Shown in pieces: positions 40,261 to 55,200 of a stretch of DNA of 64,000 nt. The stretch lies in contig NMRA01000354.1 of assembly GCA_002633005.1 (NCBI GenBank), forward strand, positions 62,001-126,000, in the 5' to 3' direction. Position numbers and translations under genes: made by a program. The notes beneath the pieces were generated by a model. It was given only the letters and a program-made list of their open reading frames with translations. It was not told the DNA's origin and made no database searches. Position 1 is the first letter of the stretch; every line of letters starts with the position of its first letter. This DNA is from Phoronis australis (lineage: Eukaryota > Animalia > Phoronida).

Positions 40261-43200
40261 TGAGCGCGTGTGTGTGTTTGTGTTCCCATACTGCTGAAAA
40301 TAATCAGAGATCTAATTGATCACAATTTCCTGAGCTTTGCGGAAAAAATGTGGCAGAAGCGACTGACCTGTCAGTTATGATTCAACCATCCCATCAGTTG
40401 ATGAAAGTATCGTGCTGATGTCAGTGTCTATGTCTGCGGTTGGAGCGTGTCTCTTTAATCAAAAAAAANNNNNNNNNNNNNNNNNNNNNNNNNNNNNNNN
40501 NNNNNNNNNNNNNNNNNNNNNNNNNNNNNNNNNNNNNNNNNNNNNNNNNNNNNNNNNNNNNNNNNNNNNNNNNNNNNNNNNNNNNNNNNNNNNNNNNNNN
40601 NNNNNNNNNNNNNNNNNNNNNNNNNNNNNNNNNNNNNNNNNNNNNNNNNNNNNNNNNNNNNNNNNNNNNNNNNNNNNNNNNNNNNNNNNNNNNNNNNNNN
40701 NNNNNNNNNNNNNNNNNNNNNNNNNNNNNNNNNNNNNNNNNNNNNNNNNNNNNNNNNNNNNNNNNNNNNNNNNNNNNNNNNNNNNNNNNNNNNNNNNNNN
40801 NNNNNNNNNNNNNNNNNNNNNNNNNNNNNNNNNNNNNNNNNNNNNNNNNNNNNNNNNNNNNNNNNNNNNNNNNNNNNNNNNNNNNNNNNNNNNNNNNNNN
40901 NNNNNNNNNNNNNNNNNNNNNNNNNNNNNNNNNNNNNNNNNNNNNNNNNNNNNNNNNNNNNNNNNNNNNNNNNNNNNNNNNNNNNNNNNNNNNNNNNNNN
41001 NNNNNNNNNNNNNNNNNNNNNNNNNNNNNNNNNNNNNNNNNNNNNNNNNNNNNNNNNNNNNNNNNNNNNNNNNNNNNNNNNNNNNNNNNNNNNNNNNNNN
41101 NNNNNNNNNNNNNNNNNNNNNNNNNNNNNNNNNNNNNNNNNNNNNNNNNNNNNNNNNNNNNNNNNNNNNNNNNNNNNNNNNNNNNNNNNNNNNNNNNNNN
41201 NNNNNNNNNNNNNNNNNNNNNNNNNNNNNNNNNNNNNNNNNNNNNNNNNNNNNNNNNNNNNNNNNNNNNNNNNNNNNNNNNNNNNGCTTTAGTGACACGG
41301 GAGTTGCGTCGATCCTAAATTAGCGTTTCTAAAATTTTCCTTGTCCGAAAGTCGCGGGACAAAAATCCGACGTTTATGACATTGTCCGAAATTCGAGGAT
41401 CATTGAAAAACAGTTTTTGGACCTTGTACGAATTTCGTGGACCATGAAAAACTCATTTCGGAAATATTTATTCTTGGTCGAAAATGGCGGGCCGTCCGAA
41501 AATCACGCGACTTTACCGTATCTCTTAATTTGTAGACTACGCCCAATTTGTTTTGGTTTGTCTGCTTTTGTTATACATATTATGCAAGGTTTTGTTTTGC
41601 TAATATCCCTTACTAAAACTGAAATCTGTGCTGATGATGTGGGAAACGTATTTGTTTTGTGGCTGTTAGTAAAGTGTTTACAGTAACTCTTCTGCAATCT
41701 TGCACAGAGTCAATGGTTAAAATTACCATTTTTACGCTGGCTGCTACAACTAATCAAAATTTTACCAATGAAGTCTTGTTTGATGACATCTCTCCTTACC
41801 AACACAAACGAAACTACAAAATTTTCTTAATTGTTTATGTGTGTTGAGGGAATTTTGAAAAAGATCACTCGTCAACCAACCGTGTTCTGTGGTGAATTGC
41901 TGACGACTATCCTTATTTAATATTTGATGTCCTTGCTTAGCTCCCTGAAAACAATACTCTTAACAAAAGTCGACATTGCTCAGAAAACCATCTGCACCAT
42001 CTATGACCAGTTTCTCTCTTGTATTACTTTTGACAGGTAAAGTGTCATTAATAATTGTTATTAATTTTTGGAAATTTAAGTGAGGGCATTTGGAATCCCT
42101 TACAGTTCTGTCATTACCACAAGTTTTACACTTGCCTCATTTGTTGCGCCTTTGCTATTGAGACTTATGTATTTGGAATGTTTTGAAATTGAATTTTCTG
42201 CAGAAAAAAAGAAGAAAGCGAAAGATGACTCCTTTGGTGAGAAATTAGCGGTACAGATTGTGAAGAATGTTCAAGTGCAAGTGACTAACATCCACGTGCG
42301 CTACGAGGACAAATTCACGAACCCCCAACAGCCATTTTCAGTTGGATGTACTCTGCAGGGACTCCACTTCCAGGTAAACGATTATCTTTTTTGCTTTGAA
42401 TTTGCCTTCCGTCAAAAATATTACGTAGACCACTTGCTGTTAAAAGAATTATCTCAACTCGTTTTTTTCTCCAATTAGAGATGATTTCTGGGCTTGGGAA
42501 AACTGACAATAGTGCCGTCGATACACGGCGATAGAACTCTCCTTTATCCTAGTGATAAGAAAGTGCGTGACCTCGTTTTGGAAATCAGGCACATTTTCGT
42601 GTCTTATCATTGATGTCGGGAAAGTAGAGGATTTCGGAGTGACCATCCACGAGTATGTGTCCAGTTTATCAAACTTTCTCACGTCGGAGTTGCAGCCCAC
42701 AGCGCAGCAGTAATACTTTGTTGGCATTGGAAGGACGGATAGAGTAGTGCAACAGAGATAAACTTGTAAAGAATCAGATTACAAATAACATGTGAAACTC
42801 CAGTGTCACGAAAACGAGGCAGCAAATGTGCCTGACGAATGTTTACGGCATTGTGGGTAAATACAGCGAGATTCGAGTGTGGCTGTGAAATCGGGGATGG
42901 CCCTATTCATAGGATTTCATTCTACATGGTGCTGCTGTCATTTTCTAACACACTATAGGATAGTTGTCGGCTTGTAAACATCCGGTGACATCACAGAAAA
43001 CTTGTGGATGTGTGACCGTGATTCACAATTTGTGTTGAAGCGATGAGATTTGAATTCAACCGGATCGGATGGCGTATGCCTGGAGAATCTTTCACGCGAA
43101 AGACTTGTTGCATTTGTTCGATGCATTTTGAGTCTCACTTTGAATCTTTTATTGTTCTGTTAATTTCCTGTGATGTTTGCTTTGTTGTGCTCGCATCAAA

Positions 43201-46200
43201 AAGCACGCTGTAGTGGACACGTGCTTTCAATTCTGCTCCATCATATTAATTACACGCCACCAGATTATCTGGGCCGTCACTGGATATTTGTGAGTCGACA
43301 GCTGTCCCACAATGCATTTTGAAAATGTCAACAGCGCCATAGATGAAATACCCTGAATTCATTGCTGCGTGAGTTCAGGGTCATTAAGTTGGTCCGTCAC
43401 GACAAGATAGTGTATGTGCTAGGATGTACCAGGCTGTTCTTATTTGAATTGAATGTGCAGTTGCCAATCCCAATGAGACAAATGTGAAAGACAGGCTGAT
43501 GAGCAATACCTTTGGTAATGTTTAGGTGTGGTTGTTTCTGTCATGATTATGTGAAATGTTGCTCAAACTGTTTCAGATCAGAAGACTTCAGTTTATACTG
43601 ACTAGATTAGCATTTTCATGCTCTAAAGTTGCAAAAATGTTCTGTATATGTTTTGATTGTTTTAGTAAATTTTTTCGTGCATGCAACAACTTGTATCTTC
43701 TGCATTTCTGTTTTGTTTTGATGTTAGATTATATATTTAAAGTATGTCTTATGAATATTTATTTGATTGGCAGAACGAAGAGTTATTGAATCAATTTTGA
43801 TCACAAGTGATAATTCATTACTTACTGCAGATAATTTTTATTTAGACAACCGATGAAAACTGGAACCCTAAAATCTTGAAAGAGACTGTCACCATGATTT
43901 ACAAGCAAGTAAAACTGGACAGTCTCGCCCTCTACTGGGATTGTAAGAGTACGTCGTTTGCGGGTCTTTCTGGAGACACTTTTGTACAAAACATGAAAAA
44001 CTCAATAGCCAGCAGTAACAAGCAGACCAGGCATCAGTTTGGTGAGTGAACAACATTTTGATACGATGTGTGTCGTATTTTCTGAAGGGTCTGTACAGTG
44101 GTACGAAGCGTATTGTATTGGATATTGGCTTAGCTGTTTGTGGTTGTATGTGCTGATGAAACAGCATTGGTATGCCATCTGAGTTACATGGTAAAACAAC
44201 ATTCCCTCCCCAGTCTAACATATGTTTGTTATGTTGATAACTTTTTCATGTTTTGATGTTATGGTGATAATAAAGCTGGGCACTCTTTGTTATTTGTAAT
44301 ATCTGGATGAATTGCAAATTTATTCATATTTTATGTTGCTTTTTCACCAACACTGCATCTTTCTTGTTTTGAGGAGTTTCAGTCAGTGGGAAATCGTAAC
44401 TCATGTAATTATTAAACAGCCATCATCGCAATGCCTTGCAAAATAAGTGGTTTAAACTGCGGAGTGCGCAACTCTCCATCGAAAGTGCGATCCAACAACG
44501 CCACCTAGTGTTAAATCCCTAAAACTTACAGTACCTCTGATGTTGTTGTCAGAGAGTAAGTAGGGGTAAAAGTAAGGGGAGTTGCCATGGAGTTTCAATA
44601 GACCATAGTTTTGCTAATGGGTAAGCAACATTTGTTGGTGCATTTATTATTGCAATTTTTCATTGTCTTGAACCTCTTTGCTGCTTTCGTATTATAATCA
44701 AAGATTTTGCACATCTCCTGGAGAATCTCCCTTGTAGAATACATTACTATACAAAGTTAACTTGCTTTTATTTGCAGTTCTACATCCTGTTAACTCCATG
44801 GCTCAGTTGAAGATCAACACTAAACCTGAGAAGGAGAACTTCTCCATTCCTAAAGTGTTTCTCAATCTCGTCCTGGAGGAAATCTCTGTACATCTCAGCA
44901 AGACTCAGGTACACACGGATGTTTTATGGACTTGTCACCCGGTGGGGCTTGTCAGATTTCTTGGATGTTGACACGGGACTTATGTGCACTGGTTACAAAA
45001 ACAATTCTGCAGTTAAGGTTTTGTGGGACCCTGTATAATGGTCAAATTTGGATGACTTCGGAACATCATATCTCAGAAATGGCTGATCGGATGCAAGGAA
45101 CTGTTTTTGAAATTTTGTTTTTTTGTATGAGGGGCTATCATAAAATAGGAATTTTTTGATTTTTGATTTTCATAAAAAATCTTTAAAGTTGCATTAATTA
45201 AAAAAGAAATAATATTTTGGAGAACCTGGTCACGTTACCCAGTTAATAACTCTTTGTCAAAAATTCAAAAATCAATTTCTATATGCTTTCTACTATCAAA
45301 AATGTGTACTTTTACGGAGTTGAAATTTTATATAGTTTTCTTATTGCTAAATGCACACACACTTGTTATTATGATCCTACTTAACCTTAAGGACACAACC
45401 TTTGCGTTTTGCCTTTGTATGCTACAGCTGTCTCCAAAAGATAACTGATACATTCTGAGCATCTGCAGCAGTTTACTACAATTCTTCATCTCTTAAGCTC
45501 ACAATATGACATGTTAGCAAAGTTTTATTTTGTCAAAATTTTCAACAAAAATGAAGATTAAGAAAATGGTAACCAGATTTTTCGGTTCATTTGTACTGTA
45601 TAGGTGTTATGAAACAACACTCTCTGGTAAGGTTTCCATTATATGCAGCAAAGTTATTAAATCAAAAATGACAATTTTAGTAATTATTTTTGTGCAAAAT
45701 GAGTGAAGAATTTGAAAGACAGCAATTTTAAAACATTGTACATTTTTGTTGTTGTATCTAAGTGTACCTGCGACTGCCATTGGCCATGTTTTGACATGTT
45801 ACAATTAATATCACACTGTCCAAAAAATTGAGAAATTAGGAGACAGCTGATTTTCAGTAGAAGCAGGGCCCATTAGCCCTTCAGATGTGAGCATAATGCA
45901 AATTCGTTCCAACATCAAATAATTGTGCAACGGCACCTGCTTCATGTGTCACAACACAGCTGTTGAAACTTACAACTCAGCAGGTGGCTTTGCAATACGT
46001 GAACCATTTTGGGCTTGGAGGAGGTAATTAATTTTCAAAAGTGGCTTAGATTTTTTCGGATGGTTGTAAATCATAAGTTCCTTCACACACAATAGGCCTC
46101 TTGGTCAGTAAAAGCAGTTCTTTTTGAATCCTGTACTCAGTCATACAATGGCCCCAGTTTGTGGTCCTGGGTGAGAAGATAAGTGTTTTATTACCCCATA

Positions 46201-49200
46201 TGAATAGCTGAATAGCCAAGCCCGGAATGGTTGTGAGCGACACCAGCTGGAAGTACTGACATTGCTGTAAAATTATAAAAACTTTGTCACCGGCTTATTT
46301 GATCGTTTCTATAATGTGAGTGATGCGAGTCTTCCAACTTCCCCATGGAGAGGGTGCTAGTCTACATCTGGTTACTTCCCCACCATGTCTGGTACTTGAT
46401 ACAGCTGAGTTGACTGGAGCAATGCCAGTCAAGTAGCTTGCTCGAGGGTCCAAGTACGTGAATGTAGTACTGAGCCAGGTATTCAACCCACCACTCTTAT
46501 CACTAAGCCAAATGTACACTAATTGTGTTATAAATATTCCATTATTGTTTTCAGTATCAAGATGTAATGGAGATGCTGGAATCGTTTGAGCGCATGGCTG
46601 TGAGCGACGTCTACAGGAAATACCAGCCTCCTGTGCGTAAGGTGAAGACCAATACTAGAGCATGGTAATGTATCCACGGGAGATTCTGGATATTTGCTGT
46701 TTTAATAATCTGTCTCAGTTAACTTTGATGACAGTTGTCGCATTGTCAAGTATCTTCTTCATTCATTTGTTGCCTGTTTTAACTGTCATGGCTTTTAGTG
46801 TCTTTCCAGTATTCCAGTATTTTCAAATTTAAAACTGAATGTTGCCGATTCATCGAACATCAGCAGTTAAAGTGGTATTATTAAAATGTTCGAATATGCC
46901 ATACAAGACGCAGTGAATTATGAACTAAATAGTTTTGCAGGTCATTGATTCGATGTCGCTTTAACAAGACAATGTCATGTTATTATAGAATCACATTTAC
47001 CCTAACTCAATCTTATCTGATCGACTTCTATTCTTAGGGATCCATAACTTTAGGATTTTTGGAGACTCAATCTACATACAGTATGTTACAAAAGCATTCA
47101 GACAAAATGCTTTTTCTGCATGAAGACGGCTAATTTTAGTGACAACAAGAGTGACTGTTTAGGAGTGTTATGGCCGCAAAAGTCCAATTACACAATGGCT
47201 TAGAGACCTTACTAACTTTCATATTAGTCTCGCTTCATTCTCGTTCATGAAGGAAGACTACTCTGGCTATGTATTCGGCTTCCACCCAGTCGTAATGTTG
47301 GGGGAATTGTGGGTCATTTTGTCTGAATACTTTTGACATGTACGTTACTAGGTTGTGTGAAAAGTCCCTATGGTAATTAAACGATATTTTGTATTTATTA
47401 AAAATAAAGTTGTGTTAATCAACATAACGCAGTTGATTAGGTTAATGAGTGTGTAATGCATTGTCTGTACAATGTGGAGATTTTATAGTGTTCATGTATT
47501 TAGACATATGCCCTGTTTAGTTATTTCATGTGTTAAATTAAATTTGTCATTGCTTGAAAAGATTGTTGTGTGTCTTGGGTTTTGAGGTCTACTTAGGCGT
47601 AGGTAATTTACGGTCAAACCGCGTTACAGTTAACGTGGTTTGCGACGTTCACTTATTTGTGACTTTCCATTCCATAAGTCCTAAGCCAACTGAACTGTAA
47701 ACAGGTCATTTTGGTTAGAGTGAACTTCTGTAACAATAAATGTTTTAGAAAGGACAGGGACACTTTATCTACTAATGAGTTAATAATATGTGCTCACTAG
47801 GTGGCGGTATGCATACACATGTATTTTGGAGGAGGAAGTGAAGCGACGTCGGCGCATGTGGTCGTGGCCTCACATCAAGTATCACCGTGAACTGGTCAAG
47901 AAGTATAAGGAATCGTTCAAGAAGTCGCTAGGCAACAAGAAGGTATCCAAGGACAACCAGAAGGTCATTGAGGTCAGTGATATGGAGAAGTGGCAATAAT
48001 GAGAGTTGTGACAGTTATTTGATTCTAAGGACTACAGTGGTTATAAAAGTTAAAGCAGTTGACAATACAAGGACGTAGACTTACTGTGAAGTTAAACCCT
48101 GTCTACACATCATGATTATTATACAGGAATGTGACGTGTACATTTGGTGCTATTTTCACATTGCTGAGAGTATTCAAAGTACAGTTCAGTGCTTAGCATT
48201 GTTAACATTTCACTGAGTCTCATGTCAAATATTAAACAATGTTCGGCCAGCGATTTCAAGAGTCAAACAAAAATTGGAGCGAAATCAGACCTATGGTCTA
48301 TATGGAGATGACGAATCATATACGACATTTTGTCTTGAAAAGTTGTGTGGAAACACCTGTTTGCTGGACTGGTAGTTGTATACGACTGTCCTTTGTGAAT
48401 TGTATGCGACTTAAACAAATTAATGTACAAATCACATGTCAGCAGAGCCTTTGTGAATTGGCTGTTGATCCCATTTTCAACTTGTTTTTTTTCTTTAATT
48501 GAAGGCACAGCGAAGCCTAGATTACTATACGCAGCAAATCAGATGGTGATATCAAACAAGTTTAATGCTCCAAATATAGACGTTAGTGTGTAAAACTTCC
48601 ATGTCAAAATGCTTTTGATTTCAGGCATGCGAGAAACAGCTGGATGTCTTTAACATAACACTGGCCAGACAACAGGCGGAGCTGGAGGTGAGCTGACAAC
48701 TAAATGGGCCGAGGCGCTTATAAGTACTTTTTTCGTGCCGTCTTATTTTTATTTCTTTTTATTACCACTGCCTGATAAAACGTGAAAGGAAGTAATATCC
48801 ATTTGTGTTTGTGTTCACCTGTTTGAGAAGTTTATTCATATAGCAGATTTTCATGAAATTGTCAGGAGAGCTCTGAAGTATATTTGCCCGCCAAAAGCAA
48901 TCAAACAAAATCCATTTCTCACTGTAATGGATCATTCAAGCCACCCTGGTGGTGAATTTCATTTTCGCTTGGTCGTCTTGACGGGGAAATTGTTGTCGTT
49001 TGTTGTTCACATTTGATAAGGCAAAGTTCAAGAAGTCTGTCCCGTTCAACAATAAGAACAAAATTACATTTTGTGGTTGCAAAAATGATAATATTCGTTA
49101 TGTGAAGGCTAAATACTAATTGACCTAAGGTAAGCTCTGCCCCTTTGTGAAAAGTCGCAGACAATTTGTTGTTTGTCAGGTAAATTGGTGGCTTGGATAT

Positions 49201-52200
49201 GCAGACGAAGGTGCGTTAAGAATGCTGCATTCTGATTGATCAGCTAAGCCGTCAGTCAAAATCCTTGTTATTGGTCAATTAGCAATATGCTGTTACTTCA
49301 GATTAGTGAGCTTGTAAAGGCCGTGTAAAACCAACTTGTTCTCAGAACATCAGAGGATATGAAAGTCTTGATCTGGTTCGGGACCGAAAACTGTTCAAAA
49401 ACACACCTCAAATATTACACCGCCCATGAGGCCCTTACTCAGCATGTAGCGAATGTCTCCAATGTTTATTCGTTTCCAATTCAGTTTTAGCCCCGTTTGA
49501 CACAATTGTTGAAGATGTAGTGAAAACCACCTGTGTGTGACAGGGCCCAAAGCTATGTCTGTGGTAACACGCACACATGCCACAAATGGATGTAAAACGC
49601 ATTCTTTACAATTGAAAAAATTGGGACAACTTGCGTAGTCAGCATGTGAGACAACTGTTATGGCTTGGTGCAGTTCTGTGTTCTTTAAGTGCATTCTGTT
49701 GTCACTGCATGTTATTTTTATATTTTGTCTATTTTCAAGGATTGATGTTTTTATTTATGAGTTAGTGGGAATATACAGTGTTATTAGAACTGAACATTCA
49801 AATAAAATTTGGACACAGAGGGATGGTTAGTTTTACTTCAGAAGATCTTCGAAGAGTCTCAAATATTTTCTTGAACGGTTGTTAGCAATTACATAATTAC
49901 TGGCGTGACTTCACAGGTCTTAGTTGGTATCTGTTAATAGGTCAAGACATGGTTGGTATCCCTTAAAGTTTGAATTCCAGTGTCACGGTAGCTGAACCCA
50001 GACTCGACCTGAATACAATGAGATGAAGTATTTCCAACTCTGGTTAAACCATGTTACCCTAGAGTTCCACTGACTACCAGATTTTGGCTCTCCAAACCTG
50101 AGCAGTCTTTCAGAGAACCCACTGAATACTTTTCTGTTTTATTCTAGTACGCTAAATATGGAGGCAAGAAAGAGAAGAAGGAAAAGTCTGGATTTTTTGG
50201 AGGTCTGTTCGGAGGGAGCAAAAAGAAGGACAGTGGTGTTAAAGAGATTGGTAAGACTTGCCAATGTCTTCCTCGAAGGTTTTGTTTGTGGAATTAGCTA
50301 GTGCCTTGTCATGAGTTGGTTTTCTGTGTTCATGTTTAGTTTTGTTTTGTTTTAGATGTCGTGAAGCAAAACTACTTAATGATCAATCGTTGTTGTCAGA
50401 GTGGTGATTCAGTCTGTGTTCTGTTACATTTATGATCATTATCTTACGGTAATTCTATGAACTCATTTTGCACAAAAAGTATTTGCGAAAATGGTTGTTT
50501 TTCCTTGTTTGAAAAAGCTGATTAGCTTTGGGTGCAACTAATGGGACCTTACCAAATGTTGTTTTGTGATATCTACACACTACAAACCATGTTGGGAATA
50601 CACTAAAATTTTACAAACTAGAATTTTACGATTGTGTGCTAAATACTGTAAGTGAAAAATTACTGTAATATTGTTCTGAGACTGAAAACATACCATGATT
50701 ATGTTCAAAAGCATTGTTCACTTTGCGTCTTCATGCAGAGGACAAGTTTCAAGAGATCATGACCCCTGAAGAAAAGGCCAGACTTTACTCAGCCATTGGC
50801 TATCAGGAGAATGCGGGCGATCTTCACTTTCCTAAGGAATATGAGGCCATGAAGCTCAAGTTTAGGTTGAACAACCTGCGAGTGGTTGTCAAGGATACGG
50901 CCAAGAGGTATTNNNNNNNNNNNNNNNNNNNNNNNNNNNNNNNNNNNNNNNNNNNNNNNNNNNNNNNNNNNNNNNNNNNNNNNNNNNNNNNNNNNNNNNN
51001 NNNNNNNNNNNNNNNNNNNNNNNNNNNNNNNNNNNNNNNNNNNNNNNNNNNNNNNNNNNNNNNNNNNNNNNNNNNNNNNNNNNNNNNNNNNNNNNNNNNN
51101 NNNNNNNNNNNNNNNNNNNNNNNNNNNNNNNNNNNNNNNNNNNNNNNNNNNNNNNNNNNNNNNNNNNNNNNNNNNNNNNNNNNNNNNNNNNNNNNNNNNN
51201 NNNNNNNNNNNNNNNNNNNNNNNNNNNNNNNNNNNNNNNNNNNNNNNNNNNNNNNNNNNNNNNNNNNNNNNNNNNNNNNNNNNNNNNNNNNNNNNNNNNN
51301 NNNNNNNNNNNNNNNNNNNNNNNNNNNNNNNNNNNNNNNNNNNNNNNNNNNNNNNNNNNNNNNNNNNNNNNNNNNNNNNNNNNNNNNNNNNNNNNNNNNN
51401 NNNNNNNNNNNNNNNNNNNNNNNNNNNNNNNNNNNNNNNNNNNNNNNNNNNNNNNNNNNNNNNNNNNNNNNNNNNNNNNNNNNNNNNNNNNNNNNNNNNN
51501 NNNNNNNNNNNNNNNNNNNNNNNNNNNNNNNNNNNNNNNNNNNNNNNNNNNNNNNNNNNNNNNNNNNNNNNNNNNNNNNNNNNNNNNNNNNNNNNNNNNN
51601 NNNNNNNNNNNNNNNNNNNNNNNNNNNNNNNNNGCAACTGGTGTATAGGATGTGCTTGTATTATGAAGATTACTCACATTTTGCCCCTAGCCTATTGAGG
51701 AGACAATGACCATGCCTTTCCATTTTGCAAAGTATGCCCTCTACTGGCCACTTTATGGTACCAATAAACAACCCTAGAAGGATACCGTATGCGGTGCAAT
51801 TGTGGGCGCATTTCAACGCTCCGCGTTGCTCTTGTTTATTGTAAAGTATTGGTGTTTAGCTCTGCTTTGACCTGCACTGTATTAAGCATTATTTATAAAA
51901 TGCATATTTTTTGTACACTCATATTTCCTTGAGAAGCTCTTATTAGGCCTTATTTTTTAAAGAGGAGGCAGTGTGGCCTAGTGTGATAGGTGACCTCTTT
52001 CTTTACTCGAGGTCGTGGGTTCAAGTCCCACCAGGCCACACTGCTAAACCCTTGAGTCAGGTATCTAGCTCCTCAGCTCAGTTTTAACTATATATTAATG
52101 AAGCATAAAAATGGTTCCAGGTGAAAAGTGCAGTGAGTCCACATTCGCGGCCTGCGCACGTCTGGTACAAGGTTTACCTGTAATTATTTTTATTTATGGA

Positions 52201-55200
52201 AATATTTGTGATGGAGATGGACACAAATCTCGTCTATTTACTGCAAATTATTACTTCTGCGTACAACGTCAACTGTGATCCTGTTTCAGCAATCCCGAGA
52301 TCCTCAGCCTCCATCTGAAAGATGTTAAAGCAGACGTTCGACAGAGGCCGGGTGCAGACGCCATCAAGTGAGTCAATGAAAGTTGTGTATAAATAGGTTT
52401 TAAGAAAATGCGCTCGTTCGTGTATAAAGCGTGAAAAAAGAACACAGAAAAGAAACGCAGTCATTTAACAGTTTTATTGAAAATAAAAAGTATGTTTCTT
52501 TGCTATCAAGAGAAGAAATTTTTTAAACTGAGTGTGTATTTCATGAATCAGACAATACATAATACATGCTTCTTCCCACGAATTAAAACATTAAAGACAT
52601 TGTATGCTGGCAGAAGTATCTTAAAGTTATTCACTTTTGGAAAAGAAAAAAATTATTTGAAAGAAGTTGAAGTTAATGTGTTTTAAGATGTGACATACTG
52701 TTATTTTTTCTGTTTTCTGCTTGTCATTTGATATTGTCAAAATGCAGAATATGGATTTTAGATGATAAAAAGTGATTATTTTGGCTTTGTCATCCAGTGC
52801 ATAATAGCTGTTCTATTTTGCAGGACACCATCATTTTTAAAAACTCTTCGCTCATTTTTTGTTAAACTGAATATGCGGTAAACCTCTTGTAATGAGTCAT
52901 TCACGTTTAATTTCTTGCATTGCATTGCATTTTTCTCTTCTACCGTTTTACTTTTGAATGGGTTTAAATGTCTTGTGTTATTTGTTAGCAACACAAAGTA
53001 CGTTCTACTGAAATCAACCCAAAAGCACAGAACTGCAAGTGGTGACAAGTGTGACGCTTAACCCAGCCAGTGATGGATGGGTGAATTAATTATTGTGCCA
53101 CAAGTTTAGAATTAACGGCCAACTTTGGTTGAATGTTTTGCGTGTTAAGGAGAATCAATCCATGCATAGTAGTCCCACCATTGTGGAAAAATCGTCACGT
53201 CAGTGCTCATTTTGCTGAAGTTCCAGTAGCCGCTTGCAGGAAACGGTCACAAATAGGGACTCAACTGCTGTCCTTAAATTTTCACCACATTTGTGGACTT
53301 GTGAAAACAGTGATTGTTCTTAGTTTTTGCTTTGATACACACTAAGTGTGACCTCTTTGTTGAATTTTCAGTATTGTTGAAAATGCAATGCCCCTTTAAG
53401 TCCCTGTTTATTATCGTTGAAATAGGATCTCGGTTTTCAGATATATTAATAGTATGTGTCGTTAGTCAAAGAGGAGCTGGTAATAAAATTTTGGAAAAAT
53501 ATAATTTTGGCGAGTTAACAAGGAATACTCAGAAGATTTAGGGAATTAAGTTGAGTCCCTATTTGGGACATTTCATGCAAGCTGGCACTGATTTTAAAAT
53601 AAGTGTTGAAGTACGATACATGGATGGAGATGAAGTATGAAACATGGATGGAGATTATCATGATTTTGTATTTGTTGTGGTATCTGAGCATGCAATGGTA
53701 TTCAATTTTCAAATAAGCATGGAAGTGGTTCAAATTTGTTCAAGAAACTTGTGTGTAGGACAAAATTCACAGATTACAGTTATGAAAGTTTGATACATCG
53801 CGTTCATGGCTGTTGCGCTTAAATTGGCTATATTGTATTTCCGTGTAATTTGGAAATTGAAGGATTGATGGTGTGATTGTGGTCTTCAGTGTCTGTAAGG
53901 AAGATTTAGAACTTGTGATGGTATGTCAACATCTAGCAAATGGTGGTCACGGGAACATGAACTCATATTCTGTGCTGTAGGTGACGCGCAAACAAGGGAA
54001 TTGTTATAGACTTGAATTACCAGTGTTGCACTTTTCCTATTTTACTTTGTTTTGTACCTGAAGGTGGCTGGGATGAATGTTTGATTTNACCAATAAACAA
54101 CCCTAGAAGGATACCGTATGCGGTGCAATTGTGGGCGCATTTCAACGCTCCGCGTTGCTCTTGTTCATATTAGTGTCAGTGATAGAGTTTGGTTTTTGGG
54201 TATTTTGCGCAATCATTTGACTTTGACAGTTTCCATTTTTCTGTAGGTGGTTCTTAAGTAAAGTGTTAGGCTTTGAAAAATGAGGAATGGCAAAGACTTC
54301 TCAATTTGGGACACAGAACTGCAAAAATTTAGTACTTTAATTAATTATCAAATTTTGAAACAACGGTAAGTGTTAAGAATGTTGTTTCTACTGTTGATAG
54401 GATTTGTATTGTACATTCTGTTATTAAACGCTATTTTGGCAAAATTTTCAGCATTCACAGCAGGAGTTATATCAGTTTTATCGAAAATATAAAAATCTGT
54501 ATTTGTTGACTTAGATTTGATGTTCTTTGTTTCAGAGTGGAAGTCAAGATGGAATCTTTGTCAGTGACAGGATCACCTTACAATGGGGTTGTACCGACCA
54601 TGATCAAGTCTCAGAATCTCGAGGCAGACAAAGACATGCACCTAGTAGACTTCTTGTTTGAACAGAATCCACTAGATGGCGCCTGTGATCAGAGGGTGAG
54701 AGTGAACGCTCTTCCTTTGGAGTTAGTGTACGATGCGGTAAGTTCCAAACAATAGGAGGAGTAGTGTCATTTTCTTTGTCTTATAATTGGAGCTGTAGCG
54801 ATGTCTTTCTCATGGTTTAAGCCAATGAAGGAATCAGCCCCTGATGGGTTTGCATCTAGGATTGCTGTCGTAATGTGCGAAATGTCGTAGGCTAAGCTGG
54901 ATCCGGGTGGCTCAGAAATAAACAACAGACTTCGTTAGAATTCACTTCATTCGTGCTTTTAACAATTTGGCCTATATACCCTTTAAGAGTTTGTTCAGTC
55001 TCTTGTGGCATTGTTGCTATGGGCCAATCACAACTTGACAAGTTGTAAGTTAGGAACTGGTTGTAGTCCTGTTTTCAAAGAATCCTGTGATAAAATAATA
55101 CTCACCAATTCACATGCAACAATTTTAAAGATGACAATCTTTAGAAATCTTGTTGTAGCCTTTTAACCATCCACAAAACTAATGTTTTTGCTCAATCCAA

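Noticed and set aside
45012-45160. TTAA-GG-starting (Kolobok-like) repeat fragments, also near 16267, 23620 and 38575
   Set aside because: Shared short motifs are visible, but matching termini and TSDs could not be established.
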